Source: Lama guanicoe (lineage: Eukaryota). Taken from it: a DNA stretch of 64,000 nt. The notes below the pieces were generated by a model. That model was not told where the DNA came from and did no database searches. It saw only the letters and a list, made by a program, of their open reading frames with translations. A program made the translations under genes and the position numbers. This document shows positions 36,990-48,399 of the stretch, piece by piece. Each line of letters starts with the position of its first letter. The stretch's first letter is position 1. The DNA lies in NCBI GenBank assembly GCA_013239625.1, contig MU056333.1, forward strand, positions 10,254,689 through 10,318,688. The letters are read 5' to 3'.

Positions 36990-38265
36990 CGATAAGTTCA
37001 CCAATGGTCTTCGTGTCCAAGGGATACTTTTTAGTCTTTATTTTTCTTGACCTCATGATCACTCCCTCCTTGTTGCAAAACTTTCTTTGAATTCACTGGT
37101 TCCCCACCATCACTGTTTTTCTCCCTGCTTTCTGGTCACTTCTGGGTCTTTTTTTCGGATATCTGCTCCTCTGCTTCATCTTAGGGTTCCTTAGAACTCT
37201 TTCCTAGTCCCTCTTCTTGCCTGCTTCTCTCTTTCGAGGCAACCTCCACTATCCCCATGACTTCAGTTATCATTAAAACTCCGATTCCCAATAAATCTCC
37301 TGCCTCTGTGTATGCAAAATGCCCCCTTGCTATTTCCATGTGACTGTCTCAGTGACCCCCCCAAGCTATATATGTCCAAAATTATATTCATGATCTTCCC
37401 ACCAAAATTCTTCTCTTTCAGCATTGTCCCCTTCCCTAGAAAATGGTACTTCTGCTGACGGGGTTGCTTAGACTAAGAACCTAGGCATCATCTTGAACAC
37501 TCCCTCTTAGTCACCTCTCACACTCCATCAGTCATCAAGTCTTCTGATTCTCTGTCCTATAGATCTCTTGAATCCTACCTTCTGCTTCTCTCCATCCCAC
37601 TGCCACCATCCTGGCCACAGTGACCATCACTTGTCACCTGGGCTCTTGCAAGTATCCTTATAAACTGTTCTCCTGGCATCTTTGCTTGCCCTTCACTCCA
37701 TTCTTCCATCCATTGCAGCCTAATGATCTTTACAAATGCAAATATGGTCACGCCACTCTCTTTCAAGGGCCCAGAAGGCACTGCCACATCTAGCCCCTAC
37801 TCACCCCTCCATCTCCTCTTGTACAGTGCTAACTCTCATTCTGTTTGCTGCAGAAATACTGGATTTATTTGACCACCTCAAAATGCAATGTTTTGCCTGC
37901 CTACAGCTTTTGGATATGCTCTTCCTTCTGTCTGACAGGCTTTTTCCACCGCCAATGACCTGAGACAGTGAACTCCTGCTCATCCTTAGAGTCTGCCTTA
38001 AATATCACATCCTCCGGAAAACCATCCCTGACCATCCAGATGGACTAGGTCTCCTTTTAATCACTCTCCTAGCACCATGCAGTGCTCCTTCATAGCACAC
38101 TGCACACTTAAAGTTAATTAATAGCAATTTTTGGCTTAATGCCAGTCTCCCTCTTGTGGCTGGAAATTCCATACTGGTGGAGACCATGTCTGTCTGTTCA
38201 GCACCGAGGTCTCAGTTCCTAGCTAATGGTAGGCTCTCAAGAAAAATCTGTAGAGTAACTGACTC
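36990..38265 (+). mobile_element. L2 LINE fragment
   Basis: Pyrimidine-rich L2 3' region (AACCTAGGCATCATCTTGAACACTCCCTCT, CTCCTGCTCATCCTT) ending in an L2-like tail. Confidence 0.75.
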
Positions 38266-38344
38266 TCTGAACATTCCCACCAGTTCTTACCCCAACACTC
38301 TCACCAAACCATGCTTATTGAATTGAAAACACCCTGCTGAATCC

Positions 38345-38816
38345 TCCTTAGTTTCCTATTACTCCTGTAACAATGTGCCACAAACTTAGTGTGACTCAGA
38401 GCAACACAAATGTATTCTCTTATAGTTCTGGAGGTCAGAACTCCTAAAATCAAGGAATCAGCAGGGCTGCATTCCTTCTGAAAGCTCTAGAGGAAAATCC
38501 ATTTCCATGCCCTTTCTGGCTTCTAGAGGCTGCCTGAGTTCCTCGGCTCATGGCCTCCCATCACTCCGACCTCTACTTTCATCACATCTCCTTTCCTGAC
38601 TCACTTCTCTCACTCTGACTCCCCTGCCTCCCTCCTATGGGAACCTTTGTGATTACATTGGGTCCATCTGGACAATCCAAGATCATCTTCCCATCTGGAG
38701 ATCCTTAACTTCATCATCTCTGCAAAGTCTCTTTTGCCACATGAGGTAATGTATTCACAGGTTCCGAAGAGAAGGACTTGGATATCATTGTGGAGGGGCA
38801 TTATTCAGCCTACCAC
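38345..38816 (-). mobile_element. MaLR LTR (MLT1C/D-like)
   Basis: TTAGTTTCCTATT...CACAAACTTAGT...GTTCTGGAGGTCAGAA...ATTATTCAGCCTACCAC. Confidence 0.85.
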
Positions 38817-40463
38817 GCTTCCCATGCCTCAGAGGATAAAACTTTTGCAGTTTTCTGGAACAAATTCTGAACTTTACTATCAAATGTCACACATCCTTAC
38901 ACATCATGATGCTGCCTGCATTATAATTCTTTCTCCTGGATCCCCATATAAATTAGATTCCACTTGTCTGTCCTCAAGTGTGCACATAAACTAATTTCAT
39001 AGTGTCCACAAACACACAGTCCTCGGGTGTGCTTAGAATATCCCTCCTGACTCCTGGCCCCGTGGTGGGGAGGGCAGAGCTCTGCAGCAGGAAGGGAACG
39101 TGGCCCAGGCCAGTGGCTAAACGGACCTCGCCTTGTTTGATGCCCCAAGCTACCCTCCCAACTCCAAGTCTCCCTTCCCAGCTGTCACTTTCTGGAGAAA
39201 CTGGCTGAGGGGATGGATGGTCACAAGGTGTCTCAGGTGGAAGAGTCTTAGCAAGAAGCTGTGGCTGAACATTTCTAGAGACATTTATAATATGTAAAAC
39301 AACATTTAGAAGGTGCCCAAGTATTTGGCAATGAGTGTGGAAGCCAAAGGGTTTCATAATACAAACAATTTGCATCTTAAACACTTGACATAATTGGTAT
39401 GACTATTCTTAAGACTGAGAAAGCCTGATCCTCAAAGTACTACTTACGGACTGTTCACCTCAGAGTTGGAGTGGGAAGAAATACTCAGCCCCGGCCATGG
39501 TCTCATCCTGAGTTACAGCTGCCATTACGTGCTTTTTCTGACAGTTACGGAAATCAAGCAGAAGACACTGCTTCTGGCAGCACTGAATGTACTAACTGGG
39601 AGTGACTCTCTTGTTTCCAACAGGCACGATCTGGACTTTCGTGGGAGTGAAGACAGGCTTGCTCTCCTCTCACACCATCTACTTTCCTCGCAGTAACCAA
39701 CTCTCAGTTCTTTCCTCCTGGGTCCCACTTAGAGATAGTTGCTTTATGGATATTCTGGGGTTTTCCCAAGTCCTGATTATTTTACCAATGAAAGATTTCC
39801 AAAGGAACCAGAAGGAATGGAGAACACTTTTTTCTACACTCTTCTTACGTTTCTTTATTAAAATAAAAAATCTCTGCCAAGAAAAGCTCTAGGTAAATTG
39901 CTCTGGGTCATCTATTCCTGAGATGAACACACCTTTAGTGTAATCTAGTCATGACATTTTAGAGTTTGGAGGCTGGAGATCAGCTGGTCCACTCCCTCAT
40001 TTTGCAGATGAGAAAGCTAAGGTACAGACACCTAAGGAAATTGTCCAAGGACATACAGGTCAGGCCTGTTGACAGTTTCATGAGGCCATAAAAGGTATCA
40101 ACCAAGATTGTAGACAGCCAGTTGATAACAGTCATAGATACAGCTTCCATATAATAAATTCAGTCTTCATTCTTTTAAGGTTTTGTGATAATTCAACCTG
40201 CACTAGACCAAAGTTTACTTCAAACACTCTATGAAAGAAAAGCTTACTAAGCAATGAATGGTGTAAAAAGATCACAGAACATATTGTTTACCTATTTCCA
40301 GAGGCAATCTCTATACAGGACATTTGCTTTTAACTGTATGCAACTATACTTTTGATTGTCAAATAAATCATTAAAACAAGCCTTGCAAAACCTCAGTTTG
40401 GAGTCATTTTGTTAATTATTTAATCCTCATTGTAGATTCGCCATTTAAAAAATATTTTTAGTT

Positions 40464-40588
40464 GGGGAGGGTATAGCTCAAATGGTAGAGCTCATGCTTA
40501 GCATGCACGAGTCCTCGGTTCAGTCCCCAGGCCCTCCTATAAATAAATAAATAAATATAATTACCTCCCCCCAAAAAAAACAAAAAAA
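40464..40588 (+). mobile_element. tRNA-derived SINE (camelid Vic-1 type)
   Basis: GGGGAGGGTATAGCTCAAATGGTAGAG head with A/B boxes, (AAAT)n, TTACCTCCCCCC and A tail. Confidence 0.85.
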
Positions 40589-40658
40589 TTTTTTTTAATT
40601 GAAGTAGAGTTGATTTACAATGTCATGTTAGTTCCTGGTATACAGCATAGTGATTCAG

Positions 40659-40703
<45 letters not shown>

Positions 40704-40828
40704 TTCCTCATGTAGGGCTTTTTATATATATATATAATACATATATATATTCCTTTTCAGATTGTTTTCCATTATAGGTTATTACAAGATAATATAGTTC
40801 CTTGTGCTGTACAGTAGGACCTTGGTGT
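40589..40828 (-). mobile_element. 5'-truncated L1 3' end (laurasiatherian type) containing a (GATA)11 microsatellite
   Basis: TTTTAATTGAAGTAGAGTTGATTTACAATG... is the reverse complement of the L1 3' end also seen at 31298 and 47110. Confidence 0.85.
40660..40703 (+). repeat. (GATA)11 microsatellite
   Basis: Direct count. Confidence 0.95.
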
Positions 40829-41437
40829 AGACTTGCCATTTAAAAAATTATTTCTTTTAAACAATAAGTCTCAGAACTTTCATTGATCCAGCCCGATTAT
40901 TCCTTCTCCCGACTCGGAATCAAAAGGGTGTAACTGCAGGACTTCAAAGGGAATCAGAAATTGTGGGGCAAGGCTGACTCTTCCAAGCAACTGCCCTCAT
41001 TCACCTTGAGTGAATCTTGGAGGCTTTTGCTTTGAAGAATAAGGGAGGGTGGAGTGTTGAGGAATTTGCTTCTGCCTGCCAGGATGAATGCAGCACTTTG
41101 AATGGCACCCCTTATTCATACACATCAAGGCTTTCTTCAGATGAAAACAGACAAGTCACCACCAGGCACAAGGCCTTCACCCTGCCTGCCTACAGCCCAC
41201 CCAGGATTTCATTTAAACCCTGGACCCCTAGCAAGACATTCAAGTCCTCTAATTTTTTTACTGATTGCAAAATCAAACTGATGCCCAGTGGAAAATTCTT
41301 TCCTTCATTTAGGGCGGGGATTGTTAACTAATATTAGATACTTGCCAGAGAATCTGGGTTTGAGGTGGTACTCTGTATCGAAAAGACACTTTTCACCTTC
41401 CCTCTGATTCTCTCTCTCTCCTCCTTCCCTGGCATCT

Positions 41438-41808
41438 GGGGTTGCCCAGGATAAAATATAGGCCATCCAGTGAAATTTGAATTTCAGATAAACAATAAAT
41501 ATATTTTAGTCCATGTGTGTCTCGTGTCGTATTTGGAACATACTTATACTTAATTTTTTATTTTTTAATAAAGTTTATTCTTTTAGAGCAGTTTCAGGCT
41601 CACAGCAGAACTGAGCAGAAAATACAGAGTTCACACACAGCCCTCCCCACCCACACATATATACTCCCCTACCCTCAACATCCCTCAGCAGTGTGGCATA
41701 TTTACATACTTATACTTTAAAACTTACTTGATTACGTGAAATTCAAATCTCACTGGATGTCCTGTACTGATTGAATTTTTTTTTTTTTGGCTAGATCTGG
41801 CAAGCCTA
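41438..41808. mobile_element. MER53-like palindromic MITE interrupted by an antisense L1 3' end (41552-41703)
   Basis: CATCCAGTGAAATTTGAATTTCA ... TGAAATTCAAATCTCACTGGATG inverted arms. Perfect 14-bp TSD ACATACTTATACTT at 41538-41551 and 41704-41717. Confidence 0.8.
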
Positions 41809-42098
41809 CATGAGTCTCTTTATCCAAGCTTTGTTTTGTTCTTTCTCCTAAAATTTTATTTTCATGGGCTTCCTTCCCAGTTTTATTCTCCTCTTTAAGA
41901 AGAGTTATTTCTTCACCTTCTGCTCTTATTTGGGGGGTATGAATATTTAGTGATTTCAGATTGTAATGGACAGCCCTGGGCTTCTGTATAAAAGGGCTCA
42001 GAGCCACTCATCAGGTGAGAATTGAAGAGGGCGTATCTGAAGCCTTTTCTCCTGATATTCCACCCTCATCAAGTACTCCTTTGAATTAAGCATTGCCT

Positions 42099-42112
42099 TC
42101 ACTAGGTGGCAC
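42099..42112 (+). promoter_or_regulatory. Candidate CTCF site
   Basis: TCACTAGGTGGCAC versus consensus CCACYAGRKGGCRC. Confidence 0.5.
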
Positions 42113-42331
42113 TTCTAAAACATCTCTGGGAAACAGTAACACAAATTATCAATACCTTAAGAGAAGTGGTAGTAATGATTTTAAAATTTTATCTCCATCT
42201 ACCTTGTGAAAATAAACACTTTTTTGAAAGTATAACAGAAGTGTGTCCAATTAATAAGGGCACAGCTGGATGAATTTTCCTCAAATGAACATAATCAGGT
42301 AACCAGCGCCCAGATCAAGAAACACAACATG

Positions 42332-42690
42332 GGGAAAGAAATCCTGTCATGGCTACAATATGGATAAACCTTGAGGATGTCATGCTACATGAAATAAACT
42401 AGTCAGAAATACTGTATGATTCCACTCATATGAGCTATCTGGAGTAGACAAATTCATAGAAATAGGAAGGAGAATGGTGGTTACCAGGGGCCGGGGGGAG
42501 GGGGCCATGGGGAGAACTTGTTTAATGGGCCAAGAGTATGAGCAAAGAGTTTTCAGTTTTGCAAGATGAAAATTTCTGGAGATGTGTCTCACGTCCATGT
42601 GAAGATACTTAACACGACTGAACTGTACACTTAGAAGCAGTTCAGGTGGTAAATTTCATGATATATATACTTCCCACAGTAAAAAAGACC
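42332..42690 (+). mobile_element. L1MA/MB 3' end nested in an older antisense L1
   Basis: GAAATCCTGTCAT...ATGGATAAACCTTGAGGA...GAACTGTACACTT...GGTAAATTTCATG. Confidence 0.78.
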
Positions 42691-44049
42691 CCCAGAAATA
42701 CATTATTACCAGCTCCCCAGAAGCCCTCATGCCCCTTGCCAGTCACTCCTCCTGGTCTAAGAAGACGATTATCCTGATCTCTAAAAGGAGCCCATCAGCT
42801 TTAAAAAGATTCTAGAGTTAGTAGGAAAAAGTTTCTCAGACGCCCTTCCTTCTGACAGGGAGCCTCCTGCAAATCAGAAAAGGATTCGACCATGGCTACC
42901 ACAGTGCCTAGCAAACAGAAGTAGCTCAAAAAGGCTCGCTAATTCCAGGCTGATGAGAGCCTTAGGCTTGCGGTTGTGGGAGGAGCAGAGGGAAGAAAAG
43001 GGCACCGAAGAAAGAAGATGAAAGTGCTGGAAACAAATGCCAGCCACTTTGTCATCTTGCCAAAGGTTAGCCCTGCATATTCATTACAGGTTTATTCACT
43101 GATGATGCATTTTTGTTCCTCTTTCACTGTGTTGACAACATGATCTGTAGGTTTATATTTGAATCCAGCCCAAAGTATAGAGTTATTTTTTGTTACTGTG
43201 TGCATAGCTCTAACTGCTTATTTTCTTACCAGGGTGTTTATTGCCAATGTGTATGGCATGAGACGAAATAGATGTGCTTGTTAATGCTTGCCTCCCAATT
43301 CCTCAAGGGACAATTCTAAACGCAAGGAAATTCAGGTTCACTTCGTTTTACAGCCGCCTTAAGATTTGATCCACTGGACTTTTTGATTATGTCCTTTTCC
43401 AAGAGGGCACCAAATGTTCCAAAGAACAAATGACAAAACTGTAAGCATTGATCAAGAAAATGGATAAAATTGCTATTTTAGACCACACATGGTAGTGGCT
43501 GAGGCCGAGTTTAACAATCTTTTACAGACTTGAAGCCAAGGGAATAAGATACGCCACTTTCTGATGTCAGATGGTAGGCAGATAGCCTGGGGACCTTGGA
43601 GACAAACAGTATTGTCACATTATGCTAAGGATTAGTTATTTAGATCAGTGGTCTCAGACCCAATGGTCCCTTTTATAAGATATATTTAGTAGTCCTACCA
43701 TACTGATTTGAAATGAAATAGGTGATACCACATACCCCTACAATCATTGTAAAACAAAAAAACCCAACATAATGACCTAGTAGAAAGGAGGAATAAAAGG
43801 AAAGAAATTTATAATAAAATAGCATGCATCTCAAAGTGTAAACCCTCAGGCATGGCAACACTGACGACAAAATAGCCAGATACTTAGACTAATCATAACA
43901 TCACTGTGAGTGACAGCTCAAGACACAGACCAACACAGGTGTGTTTTAGTGGCAACTCAAATGACAAAAGCAGTCCTTCACAAGTTGCTATGACTTCCCA
44001 ACATGGTGAATGACTCTTGGAAGATTCTAAGTGAAACTAAATGCAAGCA

Positions 44050-44167
44050 GGGGGAGGGGATACCTCAGTGGTAGAGTGCACGCTTAGCATGCATGAGGCC
44101 CTGGCGTCAATCTCCAGCACCTCCATTTAAAAAATAAATAAATAAACCTAATTACCCTCCCCTCAAA
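44050..44167 (+). mobile_element. tRNA-derived SINE (camelid Vic-1 type)
   Basis: Same structure. 16-bp TSD AAACTAAAT(G/A)CAAGCA at 44034-44049 and 44168-44183. Confidence 0.88.
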
Positions 44168-44987
44168 AAACTAAATACAAGCATCCTTCAATTTACACTA
44201 TGCTTGCATTCTTGTAAATTAAGTGCTTATTTTCACCTACATGAAGGTTCAGCAGGATATCTGAAGTTCATCTGTAACATGGAACAATTTCCAATTCTAG
44301 CATTGCTGGGCCCCACCCTTTAAATATCAATAGTGCCTCCCAATCATTGTGATAACCAAAAAATGCCACCACCAATTTCTAAAATCCACCCCCAGCCCTG
44401 GATAATACTGCCTCCCATTTAGTAGTCCTCATATAGAATTAAAAAAATTATTTGCAGGACCATTTTAAAAAATCTTAAAATGCATCATTGATAAAAAGGA
44501 GCCATATCCTCAGCAATTCACTCATTGGTGATTCATATTCCTTCACATTTTTTGGAAAAATTTGATCTTTGATTTTACAATCCCACCAAAACAGAGTTTC
44601 CCAATATCTGAGATTGTAAGATCATCAAGAGAGTCAACAAACAAAATGACATAGTACTTTTTTCTTGAGAATACTTACGTAGTATTTTAGTCATTAAAAT
44701 AATAGGTTGATGAAGGGAAAAAGAAGAGCAAAACCCTGCAGGTTGTCTTATCAAGAAAAGCAATTTAATGAGAAGGTGTCATACAGATCTAGGATAGCGG
44801 CAAATATTGTAATTATTGTTTTGTTCCATTTTTGCAGTTATTCTGTTTAGTTGTTTTTTTCTCAAAAATGTTCAGTAATTGTGAAAATTCCTTACTAGCA
44901 ACATAAATATAAATCAAACATCTTACAAATGCTACCAGTTGCAGTCTATAGAACACTGCCCTCAAGTGGGGTTTCTGTGTCTTGGGG

Positions 44988-45208
44988 CCAGTGGTGGGCT
45001 GGGGCCAACTGGTTCTAGCTCAGAAGAGTTCACTGCACTCATCTCTTCCCACTCTGCACTCGGTAATGCCATGCTGGGAACCTGAAATCAGCAGGGATGG
45101 AAGTATTCACACCATGGAAACTGGCAAATGCTACAAATCAAGTCCACCCTCACCCACGCATCCTCACTCCAAGAGAGCCTATTGTTAAACAGCCACCAGA
45201 TACCAGTG
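44988..45208. mobile_element. MER63A-like hAT MITE
   Basis: CCAGTGGTGGGCTGG...CATCTCTTCCC...GGCAAATGCTACAAATCA...ATTGTTAAACA. Confidence 0.75.
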
Positions 45209-45633
45209 CGAGGGCTGGCTTGCAGGAAAGAACAACCTGACACAGAAGTAACAAAAGAAGACTTTGTTATAAACTCTTTTTGAAAAGGCCTGTCCACATT
45301 GGGCCCTCTAGCGTTTCATCACATTCTAGTAAGGTACAAAATGATGGATCATAAATGACCAAGGAGCTAAAACTAAACAGAAACATTAATTCACTCGCAT
45401 CCAAATATTTACTTAGTACCAAATATGTGCAAAAAATTCTTCCTGGGCCAAGGCAAGGCACAAATTAAATAAGTATATAATGTGCAATGGATCAATTTAA
45501 AACAAATATTTGACCATCAACACTAGCATTTTTCACCCTTATCAAAGGGGATACTGACCTTTAATAAGCACTGTGCCAAGTATTAAGCAAGTATTATCTT
45601 GTTTGATCCTCACAGCTACCCTGTAAGGCAATC

Positions 45634-45714
45634 TTAGGCTGAACCATATGAAATTGCTGATAGTTGACCATTTTTGACCCCTACACGTGGCAATTTCATA
45701 GGGTTTCACCCAAT
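45634..45714. mobile_element. MADE2 mariner MITE inserted in a MIR
   Basis: ~80-bp palindromic TTAGGCTGAACCATATGAAATTGC...GCAATTTCATAGGGTTTCACCCAATA. Confidence 0.82.
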
Positions 45715-46937
45715 ATTATTTTCTCTATTTTACGGACAAGGAAGCCGAGACCCCAACATATTGATTTGTCAAATGTCAAAATACCCCTATTAAGTGACTA
45801 AGCTAAGACTCCTTGCAGACCTGTGATTTCCACCACACACACTTCCCAAATAAAGGAATGGTAAGTTCATTTGATATGTTGCAAACACTGAAAGAAATCC
45901 TAGAATTAAACTGCCTTGAAATAACTCACTGTGGGAAAAAAAAAACTAAATTAAAGACATGTGTTTTGCCACTTTACTAAGTATTGGCTCCCTGGGTTTC
46001 TTAATCATAAGTGATTAGAAATAATCATAATTGTTGATACATTTTAGAGACCGAACAACATTTTAATATAGAGAGCAACCATTGTTTAATTCGTTCTTAA
46101 GAAATCAAATTAATGTTTATTTGTACTTAAGAAATTCCATTAACGTTCAATTTATACTTGAGAAATTGATGTTTATTTTGTACTTGGATGACTTTTAAAA
46201 TGCTGTGCTATGACTAGTACCAACTATCAAAGGCCTTAGAGTCACCGTCTATGATTCTCAACCCACTAGCACCGTCAATGTGTCAGAAAAGGATTATAGT
46301 CACAAATGTTTGAACCAAAGGGTGTGGTATAGGAGTCTCTTACATTTTTCAATTAAAACTTACAGTAAAATCTTGACATAATACACATATGTATATATAT
46401 GGATATAACTGAAACAAGTTTCATGGAAATTTTTACTCGTGGTATGTGAAAAGCACTCTGATATTTTCTATTCTAATCTACTCTATTCTATTCTATTTTT
46501 AAATGCAGATCACAACTTAGTATATCATTTTCACAAGCTCACTAATGTGTTGGAATCCCCAGTTTGAAAACCTTTTTTACAGCCCCCATTTTATTCATTT
46601 CCCTCTAAGTTACTTTGTTCTTTTCACCTAGAACTTTGGCCTCCGACTTAACCAGCTTCCTTTCTTCCTTCTTTCAATAAGTATTTACAGATCATCTGCT
46701 CTGTGCCAGACACTGTGCTAAGTGCTGGACATGCAATGGATTTATATCCACATCTCAGGACCCCACATCCATTCAATTATCATGCATATAAATGCAAACT
46801 TTCAACTGTGCTTGGTGCTACAAAGGACAGGTTCCAAGAGAGGAGGATTTGACCTAACAAAGGAAGACTTATGAGGAAATGGCATCTGAGCTGAGATGTA
46901 AAGATGTATTCTGTTCTATTTCATCAAGATAATGCTG

Positions 46938-47108
46938 AGGACTTACTGTATAGCACAGGAAACTGTATTCAATTTCTTGTAATAACATATAATGGAAAAG
47001 AATCCGAAAAAAATATATATATAGGTATGTATAACTGAATCACTTTGCTGTACATCTGAAACTAACACTGTAAATCAACTACATGTCAATAAAAAGTAAA
47101 ATAAAAAA
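46938..47108 (+). mobile_element. Short L1 3' end with TSD
   Basis: Same L1 3' end motif. TSD AAGA(T/A)AATGCTG at ~46926 and ~47109. Confidence 0.82.
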
Positions 47109-47756
47109 AAGAAAATGCTGGCTACCCCCCATTATCCCCAACCTCTAATCTACTTTTAGCAACCACAAATCATTTTGTCCTTATAGATCTGCTTGTTCTA
47201 GACATTTTATATAACAGAATAACATATCATATAATATGTGGTCTTTTGTGACTATCTCCATTCACTTACTATAACATTTTCAAGGGTCCATCTGTGTTAT
47301 AGCATTGTATGGACAGACCAAATTATGCATATCCATTTGTCAGTTGATGGACATTTGGGTTGTTTCCACTTTGGGCTACTGAGAAATGCTGCTATGAACA
47401 TTTATGCCCAAGTTTTTTTATGGACCTATGCTTCCATATCTCTTGGGTATATACCTAGGAGTGAAATTGGTGGATCAAATGGTATCTCTAATTTTAACAT
47501 TTTAAGGAACTGGCAAACTATTTTTTGAAGCAGCTGCACAATTTTACATTCCTACCAGCAGTGTATGAGGGTTCCAATTTCTCCATATTTTGCCAACATG
47601 TGTTTATTATCTGATGATTTGATTATAACCATGCTAGTGGTGTGAAGTGCATCGTGGTTTTGGTTTGCATTTCCTTGATGGCTAATGATGTTGAACATCT
47701 TTTTATCTGTTTACTGGCCATTTGTATATTGTCTTTGGAGAAATGGCTATGCAAAT

Positions 47757-48171
47757 TGTAGCCCCCAGACTGTGGGAACAAAGGAAGGAGCCTTGGGCTG
47801 GAATAGTAAACAAGTCATAAAAAGCTGCAGACTCAGAGGTGAGAAAGCTGGTTAGCCAATGACGGGTAAGATCCCCAGAGGGGGGCAACCTAAGACAGGC
47901 ACAGCCGCCTGAGGCCAAGAAGAATGTTGTGAAGCAGCTGTTTCTCATACATTCCGCCCTGATAAGCTATAAGGCTCGCTGGTGCCAGCACGAACATGAT
48001 TTACCAAAACATAAAGGGTCTTCTGACCTTGAGCCAGATGCTGCCTGTTAACCATTTCCCTTGTCATTCTCCTTTGCTATATAAGACTATATAACTTAAT
48101 AAAGCTTTAGACTAGCCATCAGCTCTCTCTGCATACAGTGTGTATGTGTACATGATACTGCGACACCAACA
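47757..48171 (+). mobile_element. Young-looking solo retroviral LTR (betaretrovirus-like) inserted in an old L1
   Basis: TG...CA termini. Perfect 5-bp TSD CAAAT at 47752-47756 and 48172-48176. TATATAA at 48078 and 48088, AATAAA at 48098. The L1 sequence resumes in register on both sides. Confidence 0.92.
47847..47905 (+). ncRNA. Half constitutive transport element (CTE)-like cis-acting RNA hairpin, candidate NXF1/TAP-binding site
   Basis: AGCCAATGACGGGTAAGA (47854-47871) and CAACCTAAGACAGGC (47886-47900) match the two strands of the MPMV/SRV CTE internal loop as I recall it. Closing stems GCUG/CAGC, GCC/GGC, GGGU/ACCU and apical UCCCC-AGAG-GGGGG all pair. Confidence 0.8.
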
Positions 48172-48399
48172 CAAATGACTTGCCTATTTTTAAATTGGGT
48201 TAGTTATCTTTTTATTATTGAGTTTTAAGTGTTCTTTATATATTTTAGCTACAAGTCCCTTATCACATAATTTGCAAACATTTTCTACCATTCTGTGGGT
48301 TGTCTTCTCACTTTCTTGATGATGTCCTTTGTAGCACAAAAAAAATTTAATTTGATGAAGTCCTAACACCCAATTTTACACCACACTTCCGTGATCACT

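Larger units (their letters stand above)
47130..48365 (-). mobile_element. L1MB-type fragment hosting the solo LTR
   Basis: GTTGATGGACATTTGGGTTGTTTCCAC...TTGGGTATATACCTAGGAGTG...GCATTTCCTTGATGGCTAATGATGTTGA. Confidence 0.88.

Noticed and set aside
40464-40540. tRNA genes (also at 44050 and 60855)
   Set aside because: tRNA-like heads continue into AT-rich tails with TSDs, so they are SINEs.
41017-41331. 104-aa ORF in unique sequence (similarly 4840-5355, 9035-9481, 12075-12464, 14819-15220, 61537-61959)
   Set aside because: Mostly non-ATG starts, no recognisable protein family, and several overlap MIR/MLT repeats.
43224-43446. Two exon-like segments (AG...GTAAG) on opposite strands
   Set aside because: All three frames of each contain stops and there is no transcript evidence. 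At best non-coding exons, and chance is likely.
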